DNA of 64,000 bases from an uncultured bacterium (GCA_964577935.1 CAZOAJ010000007.1:20273-84272); one strand, 5' to 3'; shown: positions 9,788 to 20,534, counted from the stretch's first letter. Made by a program: numbers and translations. The notes: generated from the letters alone by a model not told the origin.

Positions 9788-10163
9788 TTTGTTTAATCTC
9801 AAGAAGGCATCTTACAACGATTATAGACAAGATCTTTTGACAGTGTCGATTGACAATCTTGTATGTAGGATGAGCATTCAAAAAAATCAAATCCAATCAA
9901 GCCACTCACTTCTTGTCAGAATGAGTCCTACTTTGCTAGGCTGTTCCGGTCGCATAGGCTAATGAAATGAGGAGGTCCTCGTTCATTATAGAAACTATAG
10001 TCGCGACTAAATGTGTTGAAAATGAGATAAGAATGTTTTTTAAGGTCTTTGGGTGGGAGATTTTGTTGCGAAGTCTCTTCCGTCAAAGCTTTTTAAGGCC
10101 TTTTTAAGGTTCTCAATATTTTTCAGCTCATCAACTCATACAACCCTAAAAAGTTGAGATCGA

Positions 10164-13100
10164 ATGGAAAAGCAAAAGCGCTGGCAGTTATTCGTCATTA
10201 TTGGCGTCTTGCTCCTTACTCTCTACAATATACTTCCTACAGTTATTTTCTATAGCAAGCCGCTTTCACAACCTCTTACACAAAAGCAAGCGATTGAAAC
10301 AGCAGAGCAGATTGCAACGCGTGTCAATCAGCTTGAGGAAGATGCTGTTGCATGGGTTAAGGCACTTTGCAAAAACATTAACCTAGAGCCCCAATCTATA
10401 ACAATAGACCCTAAGGATCCTCAGGTCGTTATCACGGTCTTTAAAAAGCCTGAAGACGCTCGCTTCTTTAGAGGTGTGTTGCCAAGAGCTGGAGCAATGG
10501 TTCCATTTGGTCCAAGTCAATTGTCTCTGTTTGAAAGTCGAGACGATAGTCATGTTGAGGGCTCTACAACTGTCCATGTCTTGCGACATCTAGGCGTGCA
10601 TTTGAACACGGATGATCTCAAGAGTGTTTTTCAATTTCATCAGAAGCAAGAAAATGGCCTCATAACGCCTGAGTATGCAGCTCTTGTAATGCCGCGATTT
10701 GCCGAGATTGTTGATGCGACTTGTGGCGATTCCTACCTATCTTCAGCTGTATCTCAAGCTATTCAGTCTAAAAATGCTGATGCTATTCAGTTTCTAGCGG
10801 AAGAGATTATTCGTACAGATGATATCTTTGAAGCCGGAAGTCAAATTCGACAACGCACTTTTAAATCGCTCAGTCAGTCACAAGAAATTCAAAAAGAAGC
10901 AGGAAATCTTGCTCAGAAACTGATCGCTCTCTTTTCTGACCGTCTGAGAAGTTTAGATAGCGAAATCAAAGCTATTTCCTCTAAAGGCGATGATGCGACA
11001 GATCTTCAAAAATCAGAGCTCGCGCAGCTTTTAGTTGCAAAAACCATGTTGCATCGTGCAGAGGCGATAGTTCAGAAAGAAGAATCTGTTATTAATTCGA
11101 ATATTAAGCCATGGACCTTTGCATCGGCACTTGCTTGGGCTTCAAAGCAGCGAAGTCAGAATCCGTCAAGTACTGCTCTTTGGAACTTGGTAGTAGGTGA
11201 TAGAGATCCATTCATTTCGGAAGTTGTTCTTGATTGGGGCAACGATGTCATATCGCTTAGACTTCATCCAGAAGTTTTATCTATCATGCAATCTCAGTCG
11301 AAAAATGAGGTTGAGGCAAGAAAGAAAGAAGAAACCTCAAGAAGGCTTTCTCTTGAAGTTGCACGCATTTGTCGCCTCAGCGGTGAAGACATTAAGAATG
11401 ACGGAGTTTCTTTCAGGGTTTCTCTTAGCAAACTCTCTGGTTCCACAAGTTTTATTACACTTGATCTTCAGGCTATTGGGACGACAATGGCTCAGCAGGT
11501 GGCTCATCAGATTTCAAATGATTGGAATACGCAATCTCCCGACTTGTCAAAAGACACTTTAAAAATCTTTGATTCGAAAGGGTATCAGAACGCCTCGATC
11601 GAAGAGAGAAGGCTTTCGCTCGTTGTCTTTGTTCCTGATGCGCAGTTTGCAAGCCAGAATGGAATGAAAACAACGTCTTTATATGTTGTTGGCAAAGGAT
11701 TTAAACAGCTCTTGGACGGGAAAGAAGAAAGAGCTATTAAAGACATTCAAAATTTAGCAGAGATGTTGCAAGCTCGAGGGTTTGTAGCATATCTTGGAGA
11801 TACCCTGACCGTTACAGATAATTTCAACGGAGATGTTATCTTTGAGCTAGATGGATATGCTAGCCCTTTACTTCAAGCTACCCGTGAGCAGTTTGTTACC
11901 TATTCAGGCGTTCCTTATGCGATTCTTGAATGTACCGATTACGAGCAAAGATTGCTTTCTCAAAATCGAATTGATAATGCAATTCAAGAGGATCTTGTTC
12001 GCTGGAAAGAGGCTTGGCAGTCAGCTCAAGTGGATGTAACTCCTGGTGCTAAATTTTACGTGCCGAAGCCCACCTCAAGTGCATTTATTTCTAATATAAA
12101 ACGTGCAGCACGTCTCTATGTCCGTGGAGATGATAGCAAAGTTTTGAGATGGGGTCTTGATCTCTCTGGTGGTAAAACTGTAAAACTTGGTCTTGTTGAT
12201 CAAAATGGTCGGCAAGTCACAAAAACAGCCGAATTACAGCAAGCAGCTTCTGAACTATATACCCGCTTGAATAAAATGGGTGTGTCAGAACGAATTGTTC
12301 GAATTGAAAATGATAATATTTCAATCGACTTTCCAGGTGTACAAGGTGTATCAGCTCAAGAATTACTTCAAGCTTCTGCCATGTTTTTCCACATGGAAAA
12401 TGAACAGTTTGGGCCGCGCAATCAAGCTCTTGCAAAAGATGTGAATGATTTTCTTCAAGAGGTATGGAGCGAGGCTGTTGTTTCGTCTAGGAAAGATATC
12501 GAAAGTATCAACGAAATCGCGTATCAGAAACTCGAGCGAGCCCGTTCTCAAAAGGGAGCGTCTCTTGTTGGCAACGCTGCTTCAAGACTTATCGATCAAG
12601 GGCTGATTTTAAAAAATCCTCAAAATGAAATATCAACTGTTGATTTTGATGATAGAATATCGCAGGTAGCTCGATATCGGGGAGATGATCCAGCTGAATG
12701 GCATGGATTAACGCATCCTCTGCTCTTTGTCTTTAAGAATTTTGCTTTGGAAGGATCGTCATTAGACAATGTTCATGCATCCTACGATACAATCAAAGGA
12801 AATATCTTAGTTTTTAATGTCAAAAGTTCTTCCACTACGGGCCGCGCTGAAAGTCCTCGTGATGAATTTTACCAGTGGACCTCTCAATTCGCTGAAGATA
12901 AGATTATCGGCACAGCTCGTGAAGCCTATACCCAAGGTCAAGGCTGGAGAATGGCTGTTATCTTAAATGGTGAAGTCATTTCAGATCCTTCTCTATCCAC
13001 TCCGCTACGTGATGGTGGAATGATTAGCGGTAGCTTTTCGCAGAGCGAAGTGCATCGTTTGGCAACAGATCTTAGGGCTGGTTCGTTGAGCTTTACTCCA

Positions 13101-14648
13101 AAGATCTTGCTTGAACAAAACGTAAGTCCTGAGCTTGGCAAATCCGAAAGGATTGCCGGAATTAGCGCTTCACTTCTTGGCGTTATTGCGGTTGTCGCTT
13201 TGATGGTCACCTACTATCATTTTGCGGGAGTTGTTGCATCAATTGCGGTGATTTTCAATATCATTATAGTTTGGGCTGTAATGCAGAATATTGGAGCTGC
13301 GATCACTTTGCCAGTACTAGCGGGCCTTGTTTTGACTGTTGGTATGGCTGTCGATGCAAACGTTCTCGTTTTTGAAAGAATCCGTGAAGAATATCTTCTT
13401 ACAAAGAGGATAGCTTCAGCTATTTCAATAGGGTATAAAAAAGCATTTTCAGCAATTGTAGATTCAAACGTTACAACTATACTTGCTGCCTTAATCTTGA
13501 TTCAATTTGATTCAGGACCTATTAAGGGCTTTGCTTTGGCGTTGATCATCGGTATTATTTCATCGATGTTTACGTCGCTTTTTGTCACGAAGTACTATTT
13601 TGCAGGCTGGGTTCAAAATCCAGCGAACACCGAACTGAAAATGTCAAAATGGATTCCAGATACCTCTTTTGATTTTCTTAAGTTCAAGAAGCTTGCACTT
13701 GTCATCACTGTAGTGATTGCGGCTCTCGGGATAGCTTCAACGGCTATTTCATGGAGATCTCTTTTGGGGATGGACTTTACCGGTGGCTATTGTTTAACAG
13801 TAGAAGTAGAGCCTTCCAAAGACTCTGTGTCGCCTCGAGTTGCAGCACAAAACGCTTTGCTTGCATCAGGGTTAGACGCTCGTGAGTTTCAAGTTCGCGA
13901 GTTAGGACGGCCTGATTTGCTGAGATTTCAATTAAGCCTTTCCCTAGAGCAGCCAGGGCAGCCTTTTTATCAAATGCCAGAGGCATTGAACGGAACATTT
14001 GCCTATGAATATCAATCTAATCCAAGAATTGATTGGCTTGTTTCAGCTCTAGAGGGACATGATGTAAAAATTCGTCCGAGCTCAAAGCCAGAACTGCTTC
14101 AGTACTGGACAACTATGAGTGGTCAATTTTCATCTGCAATGAGAAATAACGCAATTATTGCGTTAACATTGTCCCTAATCGGTGTTTTAGTCTATATCGC
14201 TGTACGGTTCGAATGGAGCTATGCTGTTTCGTCCGTTGCGGCGCTAGCACATAACTTGCTTATGACGCTTTCGATTATGGCAATTGCCAATATCATCGGA
14301 GCTCCGCTTCAATTGAACCTAGAAGTGGTTGGTGCTTTGATGACAATCATCGGGTACTCCCTCAATGATACGATAATTGTATTTGATCGAGTCCGTGAGG
14401 ATGCACAACTCTTTAGAAAGAAGCGTTTTGCAGATATCGTAAACTTTGCGTTGAATAAAACCTTGTCGCGAACAGCTATGACTTCGGGGACAACGCTTGC
14501 TGTTTTGATCTGCTTAGTTCTTTTTGGAGGAAGCTCGATCTTTGCTTTTTCATTCGTGATGTTGACAGGGGTATTTGTTGGTACTTTGTCAACGATGTTC
14601 ATTGCATCACCTCTTCTCGTTGCTTTGCATGAGAAAGGTGAGGATTAG
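10164..14648 (+). CDS. secDF: Fused protein-export membrane protein SecD/SecF
   Basis: 1494-aa ORF with a long periplasmic N-terminal region followed by two SecD/SecF-type 6-TM modules (e.g. LAGLVLTVGMAVDANVLVFERIREE and IGYSLNDTIIVFDRVRED). This fusion architecture is typical of Chlamydiae. Confidence 0.93.
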   Translation: MEKQKRWQLFVIIGVLLLTLYNILPTVIFYSKPLSQPLTQKQAIETAEQIATRVNQLEEDAVAWVKALCKNINLEPQSITIDPKDPQVVITVFKKPEDARFFRGVLPRAGAMVPFGPSQLSLFESRDDSHVEGSTTVHVLRHLGVHLNTDDLKSVFQFHQKQENGLITPEYAALVMPRFAEIVDATCGDSYLSSAVSQAIQSKNADAIQFLAEEIIRTDDIFEAGSQIRQRTFKSLSQSQEIQKEAGNLAQKLIALFSDRLRSLDSEIKAISSKGDDATDLQKSELAQLLVAKTMLHRAEAIVQKEESVINSNIKPWTFASALAWASKQRSQNPSSTALWNLVVGDRDPFISEVVLDWGNDVISLRLHPEVLSIMQSQSKNEVEARKKEETSRRLSLEVARICRLSGEDIKNDGVSFRVSLSKLSGSTSFITLDLQAIGTTMAQQVAHQISNDWNTQSPDLSKDTLKIFDSKGYQNASIEERRLSLVVFVPDAQFASQNGMKTTSLYVVGKGFKQLLDGKEERAIKDIQNLAEMLQARGFVAYLGDTLTVTDNFNGDVIFELDGYASPLLQATREQFVTYSGVPYAILECTDYEQRLLSQNRIDNAIQEDLVRWKEAWQSAQVDVTPGAKFYVPKPTSSAFISNIKRAARLYVRGDDSKVLRWGLDLSGGKTVKLGLVDQNGRQVTKTAELQQAASELYTRLNKMGVSERIVRIENDNISIDFPGVQGVSAQELLQASAMFFHMENEQFGPRNQALAKDVNDFLQEVWSEAVVSSRKDIESINEIAYQKLERARSQKGASLVGNAASRLIDQGLILKNPQNEISTVDFDDRISQVARYRGDDPAEWHGLTHPLLFVFKNFALEGSSLDNVHASYDTIKGNILVFNVKSSSTTGRAESPRDEFYQWTSQFAEDKIIGTAREAYTQGQGWRMAVILNGEVISDPSLSTPLRDGGMISGSFSQSEVHRLATDLRAGSLSFTPKILLEQNVSPELGKSERIAGISASLLGVIAVVALMVTYYHFAGVVASIAVIFNIIIVWAVMQNIGAAITLPVLAGLVLTVGMAVDANVLVFERIREEYLLTKRIASAISIGYKKAFSAIVDSNVTTILAALILIQFDSGPIKGFALALIIGIISSMFTSLFVTKYYFAGWVQNPANTELKMSKWIPDTSFDFLKFKKLALVITVVIAALGIASTAISWRSLLGMDFTGGYCLTVEVEPSKDSVSPRVAAQNALLASGLDAREFQVRELGRPDLLRFQLSLSLEQPGQPFYQMPEALNGTFAYEYQSNPRIDWLVSALEGHDVKIRPSSKPELLQYWTTMSGQFSSAMRNNAIIALTLSLIGVLVYIAVRFEWSYAVSSVAALAHNLLMTLSIMAIANIIGAPLQLNLEVVGALMTIIGYSLNDTIIVFDRVREDAQLFRKKRFADIVNFALNKTLSRTAMTSGTTLAVLICLVLFGGSSIFAFSFVMLTGVFVGTLSTMFIASPLLVALHEKGED

Positions 14649-14650
14649 TA

Positions 14651-16438
14651 ATGAATTTTGAGACAAGAGGTGGCTTTGAGGCCGAAGAACGTATCAGTCC
14701 TAAAGGACGATTAGAGTCTGCATTAGAGTCACCTACTTTAGTCTGGGTCTACCCAAAAGTAGATCCAGCTATAGTTGATAAAATCGAATCTGAATTTCAC
14801 CTCCCCCCGATTTTGGCCAAGATATTGGCCAATCGGGGAATTGTATCATCAGAACAGTTACATCGACATCTCTACGGAAAATTACCTGACCTATACGACC
14901 CTTTTCTCTTTAAAGAGATGCCTCAAGCCGTCGAACGTATTCGTAAAGCCATACGAGATCAAGAGACTATCCTTATTTATGGGGATAATGATGTTGACGG
15001 AATGACGGGGACAGCTCTGCTAGCCGAGTTTTTAGGTTTTATAGGTGCTAAGGTTATTCCATATGTTTCGAATCGATCTGCACTTCTCAGACAAAGCATG
15101 ATATTAGATGCGCTAGAATATGCGCTTCGAAATCACTGTACGCTCTTAATTACTGTCGATTGTGGGATTACAGCAGCAGAACAGATTGAAGAGGTTATTC
15201 GGCACAAGATTGATGTGATCGTAACCGATCATCATGAGCCAACGGATAAAATACCTCTTTGTATCGCGACTTTAAATCCAAAGCTTGTAACAAGTGAATA
15301 CCCTAATCGCGATTTGACGGGAGTGGGAGTTGCATTTAAACTTGCTCATGCTCTGACAGAATATTTAGAGGATGAAGGCGATCTTTCTCCAAAAAAAGTT
15401 GACCTTAAGCGCTATCTTGACCTTGTCGCAATTGGAACAGTTTCTGATATGGGCGTCTTGACGGGGGAAAACAGAATTTTAGTAAGCTATGGTCTTCAGC
15501 AGTTAAGAAAGAATAAACGAATAGGCCTATCAAAGATTTTATCTATCTGTGAAGCAGATCCTGCCCTCACAACGACAACGACTATTGCTTCAAAAATTGC
15601 TCCTAGGCTGAATAGTTTAGGAAGAATTGCGGAACCAGAGCATGGAGTGAAGCTTCTTCTGACTCGCAATAGCTTGACAGCAGAAAAGATGGCTATTGAG
15701 CTTAATCTCTATAATATCGAGCGCCAAAAAATCGAAAGAATGATGTCAAAGGATATTGCTCGCATTCTCGAAGAGCAGCCATCGATATTGAAGAATAAAG
15801 CTATTGTTATCTCATCTAGAAAATGGCATCCGGGAATTATTGCGATTCTCTCTATGCGTTTGGCAAAGCTTTACAACCGCCCAACAGTGGTCATTGCGTT
15901 GGAAGGGCAAGTTGGTAAAGGTTCGATCCGATCAATTCCTGAATTTCCTGTTCTTGGAGTACTTAAGCAGGTTTCTTCTCTCCTCCTTAATTTTGGAGGA
16001 CACGATGTTGCTGCAGGTCTTACTATCCGCGAACAACATGTAGAAGAGTTTACAAGGCAATTTATTGAGATAGCAAATAATCAGCTTTCTGACCACAACA
16101 TTGCCCATAAACTTGAGCTCGACGGGCAACTCTCGTTTAATGAGATAGATCATGATTTGATGGATTCTTTGAAGCTTTTAGAGCCGTATGGCCATGGGAA
16201 TCCTGCCCCGACCCTCTATACTGAAGCAGTTCAAATTCAAGAGCCTAAGATTGTTGGCAGACATCACTTAAAACTTTTCTTAGAACAGAACGGACGCATG
16301 CTTGAAGGTATTATGATTGGTCAAGGTCATAGAGCTCATCAATTGCAAGGTTCTCCGAAGAACTTGAAGCTTGCATTTACTCCTCAGACAAGCGGTTCGA
16401 GTATACAGCTCAACATCCGTGATTTTCAGATTATTTAG
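14651..16438 (+). CDS. recJ: Single-stranded-DNA-specific exonuclease RecJ
   Basis: DHH-family motifs are present: IYGDNDVDGMTG, DCGI, VTDHHEP. The gene starts 2 nt after the secDF stop. Confidence 0.9.
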   Translation: MNFETRGGFEAEERISPKGRLESALESPTLVWVYPKVDPAIVDKIESEFHLPPILAKILANRGIVSSEQLHRHLYGKLPDLYDPFLFKEMPQAVERIRKAIRDQETILIYGDNDVDGMTGTALLAEFLGFIGAKVIPYVSNRSALLRQSMILDALEYALRNHCTLLITVDCGITAAEQIEEVIRHKIDVIVTDHHEPTDKIPLCIATLNPKLVTSEYPNRDLTGVGVAFKLAHALTEYLEDEGDLSPKKVDLKRYLDLVAIGTVSDMGVLTGENRILVSYGLQQLRKNKRIGLSKILSICEADPALTTTTTIASKIAPRLNSLGRIAEPEHGVKLLLTRNSLTAEKMAIELNLYNIERQKIERMMSKDIARILEEQPSILKNKAIVISSRKWHPGIIAILSMRLAKLYNRPTVVIALEGQVGKGSIRSIPEFPVLGVLKQVSSLLLNFGGHDVAAGLTIREQHVEEFTRQFIEIANNQLSDHNIAHKLELDGQLSFNEIDHDLMDSLKLLEPYGHGNPAPTLYTEAVQIQEPKIVGRHHLKLFLEQNGRMLEGIMIGQGHRAHQLQGSPKNLKLAFTPQTSGSSIQLNIRDFQII

Positions 16439-16453
16439 TGGAATGTGTCTTGA

Positions 16454-17815
16454 ATGTTAGTAGTTGGTCATAGATTTGAAGCGACGATTGAAGAGGTTGT
16501 CTATGGTGGATATGGCTTAGTCCGTCATCAGGGCTGGGTTATTTTGATAGAGAGCCCACACGGCTGTATTGCCGGTGAAAAAGTCCTTCTTGCGATCACG
16601 AAAAAACAATCTAACTATTACTGGGCTCAAGTGGAGGCTCGATTGACGGCAAGCCCTTTACGGATCGCTCCTGTTTGCCCTCATTTTGGTGTCTGCGGAG
16701 GATGTAAGCTCCAGCATGTATCCTCGAATACGCAGCAGGCACTTAAAAAAGGATGGCTTGTAGACCAACTTGAACGATCGCTTGGGCGAAAGTATGAGCT
16801 TCCAGCAATTGAGATGGTTGAGCCAAATCAGCATTGGAATTGGCGCAAGCGAATATTTCTCCATGCCCGGGTTGTTCCAGCTCCGAGTGCGCAGCAGCAA
16901 CATTCCTTTAAAAAGCTATCCAAGGTAGGCGATAGGACTATCCCAAAATTACGATGGGAAATAGGCTATTTTTCGAGCAATGAGCGTTTTCTTGTCTATC
17001 CAACAACGTGTCCTATATTCACAGACAAAGCGGAACTCCTTGAGAGAGTAAGAAATTATATAGAGACTATATCTCCAAGAAGGGGCTCTTCAATAGAAAT
17101 TTGTATTGGAAAAATCTCTGAATACGAATTTGGGGTGGTCTTTCATGTCACTGGTAATTTGGGAAAAGATTTTGTTCATGCAGTTGAGTTTTTAAAGCCA
17201 TTATTTTCCTCTATTGCTATCAAGGGAAGAGATACTCAAATTGAGTATGGGCCGCAGTTATTTACAACATCAATTGAAGGGCTAGAAATCTCATATAGTC
17301 TTTCAGCTTTTATACAAAATCATCCCGAAGCATATAAGCTATTATTAAGTTCTTTCTTGAATGACCTTGAAGCAAAACCTCCATCGCTTATTTGGGATCT
17401 TTATTCAGGAGTGGGGGTTTTTTCGAATATTCTCCTTAATAAGGGATATCGAATTGAGTCTGTTGAATTTAATAAGCAGGCGGTTGATTGCGCTAAAAAA
17501 TCGATACGAAAGAATGGTTTAGAGGAAAACGCTCGCCTTATTTGTGGTAAAGTTGAAGATGTTAGCATGAGTCTTTCACCTGATGCGGCCTGTTGGATCG
17601 TGAATCCTCCGAGAGAGGGGATGGCTAAAGAATTTAGGGTTATAGCCGCTGAGCGACTTCCCAAAGAAGTTGTCTACATATCATGTCATCTTTCGACAAT
17701 GATCCGAGATATTGAACCGCTTTTAGCTGGGGGAATGAAAATTGAAAGGATACGCGGCTTTGATTTCTTTCCGCAGACGACACATATGGAGGTCATCTGT
17801 CATCTGAAAAGATGA
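16454..17815 (+). CDS. 23S rRNA (uracil-C5)-methyltransferase, RlmD/RumA type
   Basis: N-terminal TRAM-like region, Fe-S cysteines CPHFGVCGGCKLQH, SAM motif DLYSGVGVFS, and a catalytic Cys block YISCHLSTMIRD. Confidence 0.85.
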   Translation: MLVVGHRFEATIEEVVYGGYGLVRHQGWVILIESPHGCIAGEKVLLAITKKQSNYYWAQVEARLTASPLRIAPVCPHFGVCGGCKLQHVSSNTQQALKKGWLVDQLERSLGRKYELPAIEMVEPNQHWNWRKRIFLHARVVPAPSAQQQHSFKKLSKVGDRTIPKLRWEIGYFSSNERFLVYPTTCPIFTDKAELLERVRNYIETISPRRGSSIEICIGKISEYEFGVVFHVTGNLGKDFVHAVEFLKPLFSSIAIKGRDTQIEYGPQLFTTSIEGLEISYSLSAFIQNHPEAYKLLLSSFLNDLEAKPPSLIWDLYSGVGVFSNILLNKGYRIESVEFNKQAVDCAKKSIRKNGLEENARLICGKVEDVSMSLSPDAACWIVNPPREGMAKEFRVIAAERLPKEVVYISCHLSTMIRDIEPLLAGGMKIERIRGFDFFPQTTHMEVICHLKR

Positions 17816-17888
17816 TAAAGTGTGGAAAAACGCGAGCCGCCTAGGAAGGCAACTCGCATATGAGCTTGAGATCTAACTTTAAGTTCTC

Positions 17889-18320
17889 TTAGACGGCTCT
17901 TTTTTTGCGTGTATGCAAGAAAGCGTCTTTATATGATTTAAGATCATTTTCATGAATGATCCAAGCAGCGCCTCTGCGTGTGGCTTTTAGATAGCCAGAT
18001 CGAGTAGCATAATAAATCTTTTGAGCTGGGACGTTCAATATTTTCGCAACTTGGTTGATAGAAAAATAACCTTTTGTGTTGTCGAAGAGCAGCTCGCCCT
18101 GATACAAAGATTTTGTTCTCGAGTAACGATTTTTTCGATACTCTTGGAGATCATCAAGGTTGATCATCCAACGGCTTTCGTCTTTGATTGCTCGGAGTTT
18201 TTTCAATTTAATAGCCACATATATGGCTTGGCGAGTGACTTTATGCATTTTAGCTGCTTCGGTAATCGAAACAATTTTCTTCTGTTCTGCAGAAGTTTGG
18301 TTAGTTTTTGCAGACTCCAT
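17889..18320 (-). CDS. DNA-binding protein with two tandem excisionase/MerR-type HTH modules
   Basis: Two repeats are visible: VSITEAAKMHKVTRQAIYVAIKLKKL and FSINQVAKILNVPAQKIYYATRSGYL. ATG at 18320 is preferred over the upstream start at 18368. Confidence 0.6.
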   Translation of the reverse strand: MESAKTNQTSAEQKKIVSITEAAKMHKVTRQAIYVAIKLKKLRAIKDESRWMINLDDLQEYRKNRYSRTKSLYQGELLFDNTKGYFSINQVAKILNVPAQKIYYATRSGYLKATRRGAAWIIHENDLKSYKDAFLHTRKKRAV

Positions 18321-18422
18321 TTTAGTTTCCCTAAATATAAATTTTCTTCTTTGAAGATAGATTATCAAGTAAAGAATGAATATATATCAACAATTTTTGG
18401 AACAAATTTAAAACTTTCGTCT

Positions 18423-20432
18423 TTGTTCCTTGTAATTTTTATTTCTTTATTTTCAATTCTCGAAGGAAAACCAGCAGAATTACAATATAAAGATATCCCT
18501 GTTCGATCAGAAGAAATTTTGAAGTGGCATGCGAATTATAAAGTTTTTAATGAGGATTTAGCTGCCCGAACTATTAATATGTATGTAGAAGAACTCGATC
18601 CGTCTAAATCATATTTTACAGAAGACGATTTGCGAGAGATTCGCGCATCGAATATCGATAAGAAAAATGCAGTTCAAATTGATCCTGTTTTTTTAAATCA
18701 GGTAGTTAAAGACTATCGGGTGTCAAAATTCCCTTATTTTGAAGAGCTTTTTGATCGTATGCAAAAAGCAATTCTTCGAAGAAGAAAACTGGAAAACGAA
18801 ATTAAAAACGACGATCTTCCCCACAGTGTACAATCCAAAGATCTGAAGAATTTGAGATGGGCAAAAGATGAATCGGAGCTGTTTGATAGATTAAAAAAGA
18901 TTCGAGCAATTCAATTAGAAGTTGCTCATAAGATTGATCCTGATCAAGAAGCAAAAACACTTCTTTTGATCGACAAAAGGCGGAAAACCCACGAAGATGA
19001 GCTTTTGACTAAAGATCAAAAACTTCGAGAACAGCTGATATCAACAGCTTTTATGAAAGCAATTGCATCAGCTATGGATTCGCAAACCGCCTTTTTTACC
19101 CCGACAGAAGCTAAGCAGTTTTTAATTGGTGTTCAGCAGCGCCTGTTTGGAATAGGGGTGTTAATGAGAGATGATATCGATGGTTTTTCTATCATCAAAA
19201 TTGTTGAGGGAGGGCCAGCAGAGAAGTCGGGAGCCTTGCATCTCAAGGATAAAATTATTGCTGTAGATGAGGAGCCTGTAGTTGGGCTTGATGTAGGAGA
19301 AGTTGTTGAGAAGATTAGAGGTCCTGAAGGAACGGATGTTGTTCTTACTGTGCTTCGTGAAACGGCAACGGATCTGCCTGAAAAAGAAATAAATAAACTT
19401 GATATTACGATTGAGCGAGCTGAAGTTGTTATCAAAGAATCGCGCTATGATATCAAGACCGAAGCTTATGGGAATGGAGTATTGGTCACTCTTGTGCTTC
19501 ACTCCTTTTATCAAGACCAGGAAAGCTCTTCGACAAGCGATTTAACTTCAGCATTAAAGAAGGTTCTTCGGGAGAATAAAGTGATGGGAGTGCTTTTAGA
19601 TCTCAGGTCGAATCCCGGTGGTCTGTTAAGCGAGGCGGTATCTGTCGCTGGGCTCTTTATCAAAAAAGGGATTGTTGTTTCTATAAAGGACGAACGCGGA
19701 AATGTTCAACATCTCCGAAATTTAGAGACTTCCCAATTATGGAGCGGACCTTTGGTCGTATTAGTAAATCGAGCGAGTGCTTCAGCGGCAGAAATCGTTG
19801 CTCAGACGTTGCAGGATTATGGTCGAGCAATTGTTGTTGGTGATGCGACATCATTTGGAAAAGGTTCGTTTCAAATATTTACGGTCAATCCATCGCAAGA
19901 TGATAGGGTAAATCCTAAGGGCGAGTTTAAAGTGACTCGAGGATGTTACTATACGCCGTCTGGTCAAACACCTCAATTAAGAGGAGTTGTTTCTGATATA
20001 CTTATCCCTGGACCTTTAGCCGATGCGGAAATCGGTGAGCGCTATGCTGAATATCCGCTCCAAGCAAACTCGATTCCTCCATCTTTTGTCGATACTCTTT
20101 CTGATGTTCCTTTCTTCCAGCGAGGGGAGATAAGAAAGCTCTATCTTTTTGATCTTGAGCAGCCCACAGATGGATGGAAGAAATATATATATGCCTTGAA
20201 AAAGAACAGCGATCAAAGGCGTTTAGCGAATAAAGAGTACACCCACTTTCTTGAGCAAGCCAAGCAAGCATCTGAAGATGTAAGTATCGCTGAGTCTCTT
20301 CTTAAAGAGCCTGATTATCAAGGACAAGAGGCCATGAGTCTCCTCAAAGACCTTGTCTATTTTGTTGATCTGACACAAAAAGAAGAATCTCCGCAGGACG
20401 AAAACACCGTTACTGGAAAGCTTGCTGCTTAG
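18423..20432 (+). CDS. tsp: Tail-specific (C-terminal processing) protease, S41 family
   Basis: A PDZ segment (GIGVLMRDDIDGFSIIKIVEGGPAEKSG) plus S41 motifs LDLRSNPGGLL, NRASASAAEIVA and FGKGSF. The true start is uncertain. The 5' 400 nt of the ORF track entry overlaps the opposite-strand HTH gene, and there is no in-frame ATG near the signal-peptide-like LKLSSLFLVIFISLFSILEG. A TTG lies at 18423. Confidence 0.85.
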   Translation: MFLVIFISLFSILEGKPAELQYKDIPVRSEEILKWHANYKVFNEDLAARTINMYVEELDPSKSYFTEDDLREIRASNIDKKNAVQIDPVFLNQVVKDYRVSKFPYFEELFDRMQKAILRRRKLENEIKNDDLPHSVQSKDLKNLRWAKDESELFDRLKKIRAIQLEVAHKIDPDQEAKTLLLIDKRRKTHEDELLTKDQKLREQLISTAFMKAIASAMDSQTAFFTPTEAKQFLIGVQQRLFGIGVLMRDDIDGFSIIKIVEGGPAEKSGALHLKDKIIAVDEEPVVGLDVGEVVEKIRGPEGTDVVLTVLRETATDLPEKEINKLDITIERAEVVIKESRYDIKTEAYGNGVLVTLVLHSFYQDQESSSTSDLTSALKKVLRENKVMGVLLDLRSNPGGLLSEAVSVAGLFIKKGIVVSIKDERGNVQHLRNLETSQLWSGPLVVLVNRASASAAEIVAQTLQDYGRAIVVGDATSFGKGSFQIFTVNPSQDDRVNPKGEFKVTRGCYYTPSGQTPQLRGVVSDILIPGPLADAEIGERYAEYPLQANSIPPSFVDTLSDVPFFQRGEIRKLYLFDLEQPTDGWKKYIYALKKNSDQRRLANKEYTHFLEQAKQASEDVSIAESLLKEPDYQGQEAMSLLKDLVYFVDLTQKEESPQDENTVTGKLAA

Positions 20433-20534
20433 GCGGCGAGCATTTCCTTCAGCGATCGTTTTTTTATTGTGTATGGAGTTTGTTTTGTATTCTGTTATAT
20501 CTTCCAACGACTTTTCTAGATAATTTCGCTCAAT

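Noticed and set aside
18021-18422. The ORF track extends the tsp frame 400 nt upstream (starting MSWDVQYFRN...).
   Set aside because: This part lies entirely antisense to the well-supported double-HTH gene (17889-18320). It has no protease-related sequence, and the signal-peptide-like segment begins only around 18400. I treat it as a spurious N-terminal extension.
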